DNA of 64,000 nt from Octopus vulgaris (taxonomy: Eukaryota). The translations under genes and the position numbers were made by a program. The stretch is taken from positions 75,578,001-75,642,000 of the forward strand of contig OX597816.1 of assembly GCA_951406725.2 (NCBI GenBank). Reading direction: 5' to 3'. A model generated the notes under the pieces. It saw nothing but the letters and a program-made list of their open reading frames with translations, searched no databases and had not been told where the DNA came from. This document shows, in pieces, positions 1 to 12,769 of this stretch; the stretch's first letter is position 1, and every line of letters begins with the position of its first letter.

Positions 1-245
1 AAAAGCACCAACCGATCGTGGCCGCTGCCAGCCTCCCCTGGCACCTGTGCCGGTGGCACGTGAAAAGCACCCACTAAACTCACGGAGTAGTTGGCGTTAG
101 GAAGGGCATCCAGCTGTAGAAACACTGCCAGATCAGACTGGAGCCTGGTGCAGCCTCCTGGCTTCCCAGAACCCGGTTGAACCATCCAATCCGTGCTAGC
201 ACGGAAAATAGACGTTAAACGATGATGATGATGATGATGATGATA
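1..245 (+). mobile_element. SINE family C, 3' part with (GAT)n tail
   Basis: GTTGGCGTTAGGAAGGGCATCCAGCTGTAGAAAC...GACGTTAAACGATGATGAT; the same sequence recurs inverted at 397-560, 3088-3202, 13153-13295 and 18522-18626. Confidence 0.75.
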
Positions 246-396
246 TTTGTATAAGAAACAGTGTACCTTTCAGTGCAGGCTCTGGATTCCATAAAAAATC
301 TGTAGAGATAAACTTAAAAATGCGACATTGCACTGCTAACACAAAAGTAAGACACAGTACTGACTTGTAAGCTTTTAATATACTTGGTAGTATATT

Positions 397-560
397 ACAT
401 CATCATCATCATCATCATCATCGTTTAACGTCCGCTTTCCATACTAGCATGGGTTGGACGGTTCAACTGGGGTCTGGGAAGCCTGAAGGCTGCACCAGGC
501 CAGTCAGATCTGGCGGTGTTTCTACAGCTGGATGCCCTTCCTAAAGCCAACCACTCCGAA
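397..560 (-). mobile_element. SINE family C fragment, inverted relative to 1-245
   Basis: (CAT)n CGTTTAACGTCCGCTTTCCAT...CTGGATGCCCTTCCTAA is the reverse complement of the 1-245 sequence. Confidence 0.75.
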
Positions 561-714
561 ATAAAATATTGTATCCTTGCTAGCAATTAATATTTGTGCA
601 TCAGCTGCCAGGAATATGTTTCATATGTAAATTGGTCTGTCCAATAGTATTATACCACTAGACTTACTGGGTATTTAAGAAATACGTTTGGAGATAGTTG
701 AAGATTTGGATGTG

Positions 715-751
715 GTGCTGACGAAAGAGTAATAACTCTTGAAATTTATAT
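715..751 (+). ncRNA. Minimal hammerhead ribozyme motif (C3-G8 core)
   Basis: gtg CTGACGA aagagt-aata-actctt GAAA ttta tat: canonical core and a perfect 6-bp stem II; stem I is weak and runs into (TA)n. Confidence 0.5.
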
Positions 752-1156
752 ATATATATATTCACCGACTATCTATTTTTTCTATCTTTGATATCATTGT
801 TTAGAATGTAAACAATGAGATCAAAGTAGAAAAAGTATGAAACACGATGTTAAATGATGATGATGTCCATAATGTGGTTTACCACAAGCCTTCCTTGCCA
901 GCACTGCTTGAGCAGGGTTTTTTTTTTTATCATAGGTGTCCCACACATAACCATCCTGTCTCGTTAAGAATCTCTGAAACATTATCCATTGTGTTCTTTC
1001 TGCTTTTTCATGTGGTTGGATGTTGATTAACGAAAATTTTGTTGCTCTTTCTTGCAACAGGTTAATAAATATAGATACATGTGAGATATGTAGGAACACT
1101 AATATAATTCTATGTTATATCGTAAGATCATCATCATCATCATTGTCATCGTCATT

Positions 1157-1445
1157 ATTTTATGTTTGACTTTTGCTTTGTATTTGTACAAGTTGGCTCC
1201 AAGTCTCACCCAGAGACCTCAAGAAACAATAAGTTAGAAATTCATGTTGGTGTTATGCCTAGGGTGCCATATATTTGGTTTTGTACATAGTGTTGTTCTA
1301 GAGAATGTTTAAGAAACCATAAGAAAATTATGTTTGTTTCAAAATTTGAGATTACATAGACAGTATTGGGCACTTCCCATGAACACTATCATTTGAATTT
1401 CTGCCATTTTTGGGTTTCCTGGTATCTGAGCTAGGTAGCAATCAG
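1157..1445 (-). mobile_element. 3' end of an R4/Dong-like RLE-type non-LTR retrotransposon (decayed)
   Basis: Minus strand reads LAQIPGNPKMAEIQMIVFMGSAQ, resembling the Q-K-x-x-L-x-G-T-A C-terminus of R4-clade ORFs; flanked by trinucleotide repeats. Confidence 0.4.
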
Positions 1446-1449
1446 CCAT

Positions 1450-1497
<48 letters not shown>

Positions 1498-2059
1498 CAC
1501 CACCGCCGCCACCACCAGCAGGAGGAGGAGGAGGAGGCAGAATCATTAGCATGTTGGGCATTCTGTCTTTATATTCTGAATTCAAACTCTGCCAAGGTCA
1601 ATTTTAATTTTCAACCTTTTTTTTTGGTGGTGGTGGTGGTGGTGCAATAAGTACCAGTTGAGCTTTTTAGCTTTTCTGTAACTCTCTCTCTTCACTTTCC
1701 TTATCCATTTATCATCTGGGAGTTGCACTCCGCTATTGCTGCTGCTGTTGTTGTTGTTGTCATCATTTGTTTGTTTGTCTGTTTATTTTAAGTAATTATT
1801 GATATCTAAATTCAAATCTTTTCTAATTAACTTTTCTGATAGCATTCTTTTTATATTTGGCAACTACTCATAGTAATGAATCTCGGGCTTGTAATAGCTC
1901 TGGGCTATGTAAGAAACCAGTTTATTAAGTATATAAAAGTTATTTTTATAAGATGGTGAGACTAGTTTTATTTGGTAATAAATCTTGTACTGTTGGAAGG
2001 CATGTAGCTAAATAGCTTGGGATGTTCAACCTCACATCATAAGCTTTTGGACATTATCT

Positions 2060-2252
2060 ACATTATTTACATTTGACGGATATTTGTCCTCATCTTGTTC
2101 GCTGTTAACACAACATTTCGGCTGATATACCCTCCAGCCTTCATCAGGTATCTTGGGGAAATTTCGAACTTGGGTCCTCATTCCTAACGTATTTTTCAAT
2201 GTTGTTGTTGTTGGTGTTGGTATTGTTGATGTTGTTGTTGTTAATATTATTA

Positions 2253-2305
<53 letters not shown>

Positions 2306-2350
2306 AACAAGATGAGGACAAATATCCATTAAATGTAACTAATGTAAATA
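2060..2350 (-). mobile_element. Penelope-type terminal repeat with inverted arms and a hammerhead motif
   Basis: Inverted repeat 2065-2099 / 2305-2350; minus strand 2153-2107 reads gatac CTGATGA aggctg...cagcc GAAA tgtt gtgtt. Confidence 0.6.
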
Positions 2351-2717
2351 ATATACGTAATTCCTCATCTCTTAAATATAGAACTGCCTAAGCTTTTGGG
2401 TTTGATTCCTAGACTGATTAATGTATTGCTGCTATTACTTATTGTTAATGACAATGTAACATATTAAGATCAATCTTATTGATTTTATCAGATGTGTTAC
2501 TCTTATACATGGCCCTCCTCCTCTCTCTTATTTTATACTTGTAATATTGTAGCGCACCAGGCTGTTTGATGTCACTGTCTTGCATTTAGATATCTTATCT
2601 GGCCCCCTTTCTCTTTATACATTCCTACTTATGTAACATATCAGACCTATGTCATCAGCTCACCATCTGTCTCCCTCATATACATATGCATGTGCACATG
2701 TGTGTGTGTACACACAT

Positions 2718-2829
<112 letters not shown>

Positions 2830-3203
2830 TCTGTTTCTCATGATGAATCATACTTAGTGGAATATTGAGAGTGTTGGATAGAATGTTTAGTATTTGTTCT
2901 GGCTTTTGGTGCTCAGAGTTCAAATCTTGCTGAAGGTAACTTTGCCATTTATCTTCCCAGGGTCAATGCTGGGGTTGTCTAAACAACCGTAGTGATGAAA
3001 TGTGTGTAGGAACTAATATTGATTTCAGATTTTGGCACAAGGCCAGCAGTTTTGAAGTAGGGGCTAAGTCAAATTGACCCTGGTGCTCATCATCATCATC
3101 ATCATCATCATCATATGTTCAATTCCCATGCTGCCATGGATTGGACAGTTTGACAGAAGCTGGTCAGTTGGAGAGCTGGATGCACTTCCTAATACCACTC
3201 CAA

Positions 3204-3995
3204 GAGTGGTTGGTTTGGTAAGTAACTTGCTTACCAACCACATGGTTCCGGGTTCAGTCCCATTGCATGGCACTTTGGACAAGTGTCTACTATAGCCTCA
3301 GGCCGACTGAAGTCTTGTGAGTGGATTTGGTAGATGGAAACTGAAAGAAGCCCATTGTATATATGTATTACTCTTTTACTTGTTTCAGTCATTTGACTGC
3401 GGCCATGCTGGAGCACTGCCTTTAGTCGAGCAAATCGACCCCGGGACTTATTCTTTGTAAGCCCAGTACTTATTCTATCGGTCTCTTTTGCCGAACCGCT
3501 AAGTGACAGGGACGTAAACACACCAGCATCGGTTGTCAAGCAATGCTAGGGGGACAAACACAGACACACAAACATACACACATACATATATATATATATA
3601 CATATATACGACAGGCTTCTTTCAGTTTCTGTCTACCAAATCCACTCACAAAGCATTGGTCGGCCCGGGACTATAGCAGAAGACACTTGCCCAAGATGCC
3701 ACGCAGTGGGACTGAACCCGGAACCATGTGGTTGTTTAGCAAGCTACTTACCACACAGCCACTCCTGCGCCTATATATATATGTGTTTGTGTGTCTGTGT
3801 TTGTCCCCCCAACATTGCTTGACAACGATGCTGGTGTGTTTACATTCCCGTAACTTAGTGGTTCGGCAAAAGAGACTTATAGAACAAGTACTAGGCTTAC
3901 AAAGAATAAGTCCTGGGGTCGATTTGTTCAACTAAAGGCGGTGCTCCAGTATGGCCACAATCAAATGACTGAAACAAGTGAAAGAGAAAAAGAGT
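3204..3995 (+). mobile_element. tRNA-derived SINE family A, interrupted by an antisense copy of itself
   Basis: Head with box A/B-like motifs at 3204-3362; body resumes at 3772 and ends GGCGGTGCTCCAGTATGGCC...GACTGAAACAAGTGAAAGAG. Confidence 0.85.
3368..3771 (-). mobile_element. SINE family A, full-length copy
   Basis: Complete reverse-complement copy from the GGCGCAGGAGTGGCTGTGTGGTAAG head to the CAAGTAAAAGAG tail. Confidence 0.9.
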
Positions 3996-4719
3996 GTAGT
4001 GAGTGCTTTTATGAAATACTGGCTTTATCAACCCCAAAAAGTTGAATGGTGAAATTTGAGTTCAGAATGTGAAGACAGACGAAATGCTGCCAAGCATTTA
4101 GCCCAACGTTAATGATTCTGTGATTAATAGGAACTAAGAATATTAACTTTTGTTTATATCTTGATATCTCCTCTGTGTGTGTGTGTGTGTGTGTCTGTCT
4201 GTTTGTGTTTGTTCCTAACCATTACTTGGCAACTGGTGTTGGTTTGTTTACATCCCTGTAATCTAGTAGTTTGGCAAAAAAAAAAAAAAAAAAGAGACTG
4301 ATAGAGTAAGCATCAAACTAAACAAAATAATAAGTACTGAGCTTGATTTGTTCAATTAAACCTTTCAAAGCAGTGGTCCAGCATGGCTGCAGTTCAGTGG
4401 AACCCAAGTAAAAGAAGTCAAAAAGAAAATGCTACAGGAACTATTCAAAAACAGACCATTGTGCAAAACTACAGAACAGAAATAAAAGAAAAGAAAGAAA
4501 GATACTAAACTATTTGATATACTTAACAAATGGGTAAACAACACTTTTGAAGATAATTTTAGATATAACAGTGTAATTTGTTTGAGTTAGTTGATACCTC
4601 TTGCTCTCAATGAAATCTTCATGTCCCAATTTTGAATTTCCTGATAAAGCCTATCTTCAGTTAAATTGAAGATGCCGACCTGCAAGGAAGACTCTTATTT
4701 AGTTATGTGATTACGTTTA

Positions 4720-5220
4720 TCCTTTCCTTGTTTTAATCATTGGACTGTGGCCATACTGGAGCACCATGGTTTTAATTGAACAAATTAACCCCAGTACTAT
4801 TTTTTTTGCTTTAAAGTCTTGTATTTATTCTGTTGGCCTCTTTTGCCAAACAGCTAAGTTACAGGCACACAAACCAACCAACACTTGTCTAGTGGGGTAG
4901 GTGGGTGGAACAAAGACAAACACAGATATGAAGGTACAGATATCTATGTTTGCCTGACTGCTTGCTTGCCTATTTCCTACCTACCCACCCACCTACCTTC
5001 CTACCTACCTACCTACCTACCTACCTGCCTACCTACCTACCTACCCATCTGTCTACCTACCTATCTACTTACCTACCTACTTGCCTGCCTGCCTGTCTGA
5101 TGGGCTTCCACACAGTTTCTGTCAACCAAATTCATTCACAAGGCATTGGTCAGCCCAGGGCTCTAGTAGAAGATACCTACCCAAGTTGCTATGAAGTGGA
5201 ATGAACCTGAAGCCATGTTA
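4720..5220 (-). mobile_element. Diverged SINE family A copy with internal (CCTA)n
   Basis: Degenerate match to both the family A tail and head. Confidence 0.65.
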
Positions 5221-6479
5221 TTGTTTAGTTGCAAATCAGCTCTGATGAAGCAAACCTGTAATCAAAGGCCTCCCAGCTCTGATCATCTATCCTTTATTCA
5301 GGCATAGTGCCATCTAGAACTATAATACTCAATAAGTACTTTCTTCTTTAAGGTAATAGGATATGGTTTAATGAAGACTTGGCGGCTATTACCCGCAACT
5401 TCAACTACCATACTCTTATTTTGATGCTCTTACAGTGATTTGAAAAGATTGTTAATAAGCTATGGTATTTTGAGATGGTTTACACTGCTTACTTGCAATA
5501 TCTTTTTCATATTTCTGCAGAAGGCAGAAAAAAAAAATCTATTTTATTTTACTATGTCTTAGTTAAAGGAGTACTTGGAAAGGACGTATCTGGAATGCTG
5601 CATCAATACCACTAGTAATGTTAATATAATAATGAAATGTACTTCCTTTTTTTTTAACTACAAACTATTTTTTATTTATAAGAAAACTTTGTAGAACGTT
5701 TGTGTCTTGAATTGAAATAGTACTTATTATACACAGCTACCAATGACTAAATACTTTCAGAACTTTACTTTATGATATATACTCTTCACTCAAGTTCCTC
5801 AATTTCACTTAGTTTAATCTAGTCGAAATTCTCTCCCCTTTAATAGTAAACTCATCTGGAACAAACCACTTGTTCAATAGTAATGATAATAATGATTTCT
5901 TTTATTGGCCACAAGGACCCATTCTGTGATTGAAATGGAGTGAATCTCTTTTAGAAGACACTTGGATACATCTGCCAAATAATAGTTACAATTTCAGCAG
6001 TCAAAAACAGCAAAAGACAAGCAAGATAAGAGGAAACTCACTAGTGATGGTTCGAGCATGGATTCCATATGTAATGCCAATAATAATAGTAATAATGATA
6101 ATAATAATAATAATAATAATAATGATAATAATAATAAAACCCTCATAACAATGATCTTTCCATAAAACACTGGTGGTAGTGTAACTTTATGAGCATTACA
6201 GGGAGAAAAACAGCACAGGATGATTCCAACTGACACCTACTTAAGGATGTCCTCACATTACAGTGAACAAATAATGGCTGAATATGATGAATGATGATGG
6301 TGATGAATGAAAGATGTAGAAACTGGCTGCTGAATACTATTGGCTGATCTTTGTACACAGATCATATAGTACAAAGTACTATAGTATATAGTATATATAG
6401 TATATAGTACATATAGTACATATACACAGCTTTGTCTCCCTGTTGTTATTTGTTTGAACTGCATGCTTTTTCCAGCTCC

Positions 6480-6830
6480 ATTTTCTCATAATATGTTTTA
6501 TTATATCTTGTACTATTGCTTACTATTTTATCCATTCACAAATTTTCCATCTTTAGTCATTCCTAACAAGCATCTTTTTATACTACTTTGTGTTGTCCCA
6601 AGTTTCTGTTCCAGGTTTTTAGTTATTGTTCATGTCTCTGTTCCATAATTTTTTGCTGTTATGACAAGTGCAGGATAAAATACTCTGCACTTCAGGTACA
6701 ATGGCATCTTGTCCTGATGTTAATTTATGAAAAGCACTTGTGTTATCTCAGATCCCTCTCTACTTCACCAAGATAGCTGTATCCCACTTTTACTAGCTCT
6801 CCAAAATAAATTTTGCATTTGTTAGCTCTT
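6480..6830 (-). mobile_element. RTE-type LINE ORF remnant
   Basis: Minus strand gives YGTET*TITKNLEQKLGTTQSSIKRCLLGMTK, matching the YGxETWT...ERxMLG region downstream of RTE reverse transcriptases. Confidence 0.55.
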
Positions 6831-7415
6831 ATTACTATAGGTGGACTTTATGACTTCATGCAGTCATAAAAACCATACCAAGGTAGACTGTGGAGCACGA
6901 TGCAGTCCTTTGACTCGTCGGCTCCTGTCAAATAGTTTAACCCATGCCAACATGGAACATGGACATTAAATGATGATTGATGATTGAATAGTCAGCTATT
7001 ACAGTTTTATATGTTAAAAAACCATGCAAACCGAGATATACTCTGGTCTACAGTCAATAAAGTCTGTTATGCTATGGAAGATAACGTTCTGCATAGTCGA
7101 AACAATTGAATATTCTTTTTAAACATTACTTTCAAATTATTTGTAATCTTCATTTAGTGGAATGTTTTTTGAAATTTAAATCTTGTAATTTGTAGAAGTC
7201 TAACAAATGTTATCTCCCTTTAAATTGGTGTGTCGGTTAAGAGTAATCTCCCTTGGATTCGATAACTTAAAAAACATTAAAAAAAAAAATTAAAATTACG
7301 AGTATAATTTTGAAATAGAGTTCTGTTGTGTCTAGGGAGAGTCATTTTCTTTTTGTGCCTTATAATGTAACACACTCACCGGTAAAATTTCCCCTTATTT
7401 CTTATTTTTATTTTC

Positions 7416-7452
7416 CTAAAATTTTCGTTGCGTCTTGCAACCTTTTCAATAG
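7416..7452 (-). ncRNA. Minimal hammerhead motif, U3-A8 variant
   Basis: cta TTGAAAA g gttgc-aagac-gcaac GAAA attt tag; palindromic AAAATTTT stem III. Confidence 0.55.
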
Positions 7453-7919
7453 TCTTGACTTTGTCCGTTATTTACACTCCAAATCCAAAAACGAAATTTA
7501 AAATAGAGTTTCTAAATTAAAGCTATATTTTTTGCATAGCTATTATCATTTCCCCTTGATTATTTGCTTATCTAACTTAGAATCTCCGAAACGTATAATG
7601 CCAGAGAGTCGAAATACTTATCAAAATTAAGAACAAATGTTTTCATTTGTGTTTACAAAATTACCTGTCGGCTCATCTGTTTTAAACTATCAACATGGCG
7701 ATCCAGTAATATTAAGCTGGTTATTAGAAAGGCAAAAAAACTACTTTGAAATGTAATAAATTTGACGAAAAATGAAAGAGAATAGAAATACGTTCATATT
7801 CATAGTTATATTGCTATACAATTTCTTTCAGTAATTAGCTAGTCTAAAACACATTCAAAGCTTAATGACTTCACATATCAATAAAACACTACCATACTCC
7901 AATCTCTTATAAGCATGAA

Positions 7920-8440
7920 CAACATTTCAACTGGAACCCTGTAGGTCAATGCAACTGCTATATGTCACCATCACTAAGAATCTCTCCTGGTGAATGTGCA
8001 TCCATAACATTGCAAAGATTACATCACAAAGATTAACTTTACTCTTCAGAGCCAGAAAATAATTTTCTCCATCCACTTAACAACTGCTTACCTTCTATAA
8101 AGGCTAAGTGAGATATTCAATGGAATTTTGCTTCCACATCTGGGATGCTACTGCTGCTAAGCACTCAAACATTATAGACCACATCTAAAGAAAGGCTACT
8201 CAGCTAATTGGCATGAAGCCATGCTCAATCATATTTTACTGTCTCCTCTTTATGCTTTATTTCATTGCCAAGACAGTGACTTCTGCATCTTGGTGTTGGC
8301 TGTTACCTCCACTCAAGGACTGCTAGGCCACCACCATAACCATGATGCTTAGTCCTTCATACCTGGACTGTCAGCCACTAAAATACCTCTCTGCAGCTGT
8401 TGACTTGCAACTTGGCAAGTGTAACCATGTTAATCTCAGT
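7920..8440 (+). mobile_element. Decayed LINE (CR1/Jockey-like) RT C-terminal region
   Basis: About 8083-8210 translates LLTFYKG*VRYSMEFCFHIWDA...IIDHI*RKATQLI, similar to the LYKxxVRPxLEYCSHIW motif. Confidence 0.5.
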
Positions 8441-8789
8441 CTGAGAGGGCCTGAGGAAGACATAAGGGCTTCCTCCTCCTCCCCATCTTCTCCTCTTCCT
8501 CCCTCTACCCCTCATCTCCTCGTCACCCTCCACCCTCCTCATCAGCGTCATCTAACGTCCACGTCCCACACTGGCATGGGTTGGACTACTGGCATATGTT
8601 ATTCCTGATTAAACCAGTGAGAGAGGGAGAAGCAAAAGCTCTTAGACACTTCTTATGCAGAAAAAATATTTTCTTTTGTTTGTTCTTCATTTAATGTTAA
8701 TTCAAATATTTCTTTTGATTTTTGTAAGACAATGGAAGTTGTGTTGCATAGTGAATATAGTCTTTTTCTGCTCCCCCCCCCCTTCTCTT

Positions 8790-9430
8790 CTGGCAGAATC
8801 GTTAGTACACTGGATGAAATGCTCAGTGGTATTTCACCTCTTGCTACATTCTGAGTTCAAATTCTGCTGAGGTCAACTTTGCCTTTCATCCTTTCGGAGT
8901 TGATAAATTATGTACCAGTGAAACACTGGGGTTAATTTCAGGCCTTGTGCCTATAGTAGAAAGGATTATTATTATTGTGGTTGTTGTTATGAGCTGACAG
9001 AATTGTTAGCATGCTGGACATAATACTTAGTGATAGTTCTAGCTTTATGTTCTTAATTCAAATTACACCAAGATCAACTTTACCTTTCAGCCTTTTGTGG
9101 TTGATGAAACAAGTACCAGCTAAGCACTGGTATCAATGTAATCACCCCCCCCCCCCAAATATTGCTGGCCCAGTGCCGAAATTTGAAACTATTATCATTA
9201 TTATTGTTATTATTAATTTGGTGAGCTGGCAGAATTGTTAGCACACTGGACAAAATGCTTAGCGGTATTGTGCCTGTTGCTACGTTCTGAGTTCAAATTC
9301 TGCCAAGGTCAACTTTACTTTTCATTCTTTCATGGTTGATAAAATAAGTACCAGTTGAACACTGGGGTCGATATAATCAACTCATCCTGTCTCTCAAAAC
9401 TACTGAACTTGTGGCATAATTTGAAACCAT
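8790..9430 (+). mobile_element. Three tandem copies of SINE family D (Meta-domain-like)
   Basis: Repeated GAGCTGGCAGAAT...TTCTGAGTTCAAATT...GCCTTTCATCCTTTCGGAGTTGATAAA...GTACCAG units separated by (ATT)n. Confidence 0.75.
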
Positions 9431-9769
9431 TATTATTATTATTATGCACAATTATGATATTAGAAACAGAGAGAGCATCAGAAGTTTAGATGTGAGAGAA
9501 GAATGCTCATATCTCAGTAAATATCATTGAATCAGTGACTAAAGCCTTAGTACCTATCAGTCAACACCTTTCTACAATAATTGATATCATTATTTGTATA
9601 GAAAAAAAAATCTGAAATATTAATGTAATTTGATATAATCATTTCTCACGTATTGGTTTGCAGTGAATTATTTTTGTCTGTTTTTCTCACATAAAATAAT
9701 TTATGATTATTTTTTCCCTCATTCAATAATCTGAGTATTGATTTTAATGGTTTTGTTTTTGAATTTCAG

Positions 9770-9983
9770 GCATGAAGGTGTCTATGGATTCTATAAAGGG
9801 CTTGTGCCTAATCTGGTACGAGTTACTCCTGCATGCTGCATCACGTTCCTGGTATATGAAACAATGATGAGTAAATTTGCTGATAGACGAGAACAGCAAG
9901 AGCAACTTGAAGCTGAACTTGAAGCTGCACTTCAGTTGCAAGAGCAGAATGTAATTCCACCTGTAAATGGCAAAACGGAGTGA
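9770..9983 (+). CDS. SLC25A32: Terminal coding exon of a mitochondrial folate/FAD carrier (SLC25 family)
   Basis: Polypyrimidine tract and TTTCAG acceptor ending at 9769; exon encodes (R)HEGVYGFYKGLVPNLVRVTPACCITFLVYE, matching the SLC25A32/MFT C-terminal repeat (EGxxGFYKGxxPNLxRVTPACCITFxVYE); TGA at 9981-9983. Upstream exons are not visible in the window. Confidence 0.88.
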
Positions 9984-11125
9984 TTGATTGTATCAATTTT
10001 GGTGGAAGTAGCGAATTGTTTTTATTCTTATATCAAATAGAATTTTTAGTCATCATTTTTTTTCAGGCATTATTTTTTATTAGGTAAAAAAAACCCTTTT
10101 CTATTGAAAAAAATTTTGTTTCTTAAAAGTTGTTTAAAGAAGTATTTGTAGTATTAACATGGAGAGAAAAGTGGATGAAGACTTGAAATATCCTCTGTAT
10201 TTATCTCTTTGTTGGTAGCGTCTAAAATTTTTGTTTGATTCATTAATATTTTAGAGTTGTTGTATGCATTATCAACAAAATTGATTTATAAATATAATAC
10301 ATAAAAGACGCAGAAGTGACATGAAAACCATCTGGTAGTCATGTGTAATTACTTCCCATGTCAAAATGGAAAGTACATCTTTTATAACAAAGATTTCAAA
10401 AAAGAAAAAAAAAATATATACTAAAAAAAGCAAGGAGTCCTTACCCAAAGAATAATTTACAGATATTTGTACTTGGACCAAGGGATTGCCAAAACCTTCT
10501 GGTTGGACTCTGTAAAAGATTGCAATATATGACTGGTATGTTAGTTGTATGAATTATTCAATTGGATTATTGAAACCACCACCAGTATTTTATTTTGCCT
10601 GTTCTTTATTAATACATATCTGTTTGTTTGTGTTAGGTTCTGAAGGGAACAATTTTTAATAATGCATTTATTCAACTTACATTCTTCACTGTGAAAAACC
10701 TTTAGATTTTTATAATTTTTTTGATTGCTCAGTCAATTTTGATGCATTGGGAATTGGAAAACTTTTAATAGGTATAAACATTCTATTATTTTCTTTTTGT
10801 TGTTTTTTAAAAAAATTCCTACTGCTGTGATATTTAGAAGGAAATAAAAACCAATCATGTTCTAATGTTGTCTTATTTTTTTATATATTTTAATTTCTCC
10901 ATCCATGCTTTTGCAATTTGTTGTAGTTTGATTTTAATATTTTGTCAAACTTCATAACCGAAAATGTACTACTGCGTTATGACACAAAGAAAATTAAAAA
11001 AAATATAACCCTTTTAAATGGTGAATTTGTTTTTTACACAAATGAAAAAAAAAAACTTTCCCTTTCAATTAATGTTATAAATGTTTTTCTGAGTTACCTC
11101 CCTTACAAATGTGTGAATAAAGTAA
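9984..11125 (+). other. Probable 3' UTR with candidate poly(A) signals
   Basis: AT-rich, SINE-free stretch after the stop; AATAAA near 10843 and 11116; the true end is unknown. Confidence 0.4.
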
Positions 11126-12452
11126 CGTAACGTGTATTGTTTGTGCGCCCTGTGGCAAAAAAGCCTTTTATATTGTCCGTTGATCGCTGTCAGAGTATTT
11201 TTAATTATATTGATAGGAATCAATTGCAGCAACAAATATTAATACAATATTTTTCTTTGTGTTTTGTTTTTTCCTTTCAAATTTAGGTATTTTGTATCCT
11301 TCTCCAAACACATTAACCCATTATACTTCCTTTTTGTATGGCTTTAGATAAAGGAAGTAGGGCACCATCTTTGACATTTTACATGGGTAAATGTAGTTTG
11401 GAAAAGAATTTATTTCAGACTGGAGACCTGGTCTGAATACTTAGTACAGAATGTTGTCCACTGAAGGTTTCAATCGACCAGGTATTAATTAATAGAGTAA
11501 GTTTTAGCTTTTTGTGCCGAGTGGATTGGCTTTTCCTGTAAAAGCACAAACTTATCACTAATCTCCATGAATTCTACCCTTGATTTTCACGACAAATTTC
11601 GAAGTTACAAACATTTCTAATTCTAAATTTCTATTAGGAATAGTGTTTCAATAAATAAGATCGAGTAATATACTTAAAATTTTTGTGCACACAGTGAAAC
11701 ATTTCTTTAGCAAAGATATCAGTGTCAACACAACAGCTCTTAATTTGAAGGCGGTGTTATTGAATTTATAGAGTTTTTGTTTCGAAGGAAATTGTTGAGG
11801 CCTTGTCTATGATTGTATAATCAAGGCACATAACTCTACGAAATAGTTTGATTTTAATATTTTGACAAACTTCATAACCGAAATGTGTACTATTGAAAAT
11901 GTTCTACTGCATTAAGACACAAAGAAAATTAAAAATATGTAACCCTTTTAAATGGTGACTTTCTTTAATTACTCAAAGGAAAAAAAAAAAAGCTTTCCCT
12001 TTCAATGGTTTATAAATGTTTTTCTGAGTTGCCTCCCCTACAAATGTGTAAAAAGAGTAATGTGATGTGTATTGTTAGTGCGCCCTGTAGGAAAATAGCC
12101 TTTTATATTTTCCGTGGATCTCTCTGTCAGAGAATTTTTAATTATATTGATAGAACTCAATTGCAACAACAAATATTAATACAATATTTTGTATCCTTCT
12201 CCAAACACATTAACCTATTATACTTCCTTTTTGTACGGCTTAGACAAAGGATGTAGGGCACCATTTTTGACATTTTACATGATTAAAGGTAGTTTAAAAA
12301 AGAATTTATTTCAGACTGGAGACCTGGCCTGAATATTTACAACAGAATGTTGTCCACTAAAGGTACTCAATGGACCATGTATTAGTTGACAGAGTAAGTT
12401 TTAGCTTTTTGTGCCGAGTGAATTGACTTTTCCTGTAAAGGCACAAACTTAT
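10924..12452 (+). repeat. Diverged direct duplication (10924-11555 and 11844-12452)
   Basis: Both copies start TAGTTTGATTTTAATATTTTG.CAAACTTCATAACCG and end TTTTCCTGTAAA.GCACAAACTTAT. Confidence 0.9.
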
Positions 12453-12769
12453 TTCGCAGTTGAATTTTTTTGTAATTGTAAAACCATTTATTCACTTTAT
12501 GAGGGGAAAAACTGAAAGAAACAATAACACAAACAAAAATCAACTCAAAATAAAACAAAATAAAAAAAAAAACAAAAAAGAACTTTCCTCACGCCTTCTT
12601 CCTAATTCCCCACTGGTGATCAATAGTTAGGGCTACCTGTGATTTATAATTATTATAGTCTCTCGTAGTAATGTGTCAAAATATTGTGCACGCATACACA
12701 CACACACACACATACATACATACATATATCTATATATATAATATATATATATATAGGTTATGAGAGGTA

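Noticed and set aside
3231-3935. Recurrent ORFs such as MTTDAGVFTS..., MLGGQTQTHKHT... and HMVPGSVPLRG
   Set aside because: Chance reading frames of SINE family A, repeated wherever the SINE occurs.
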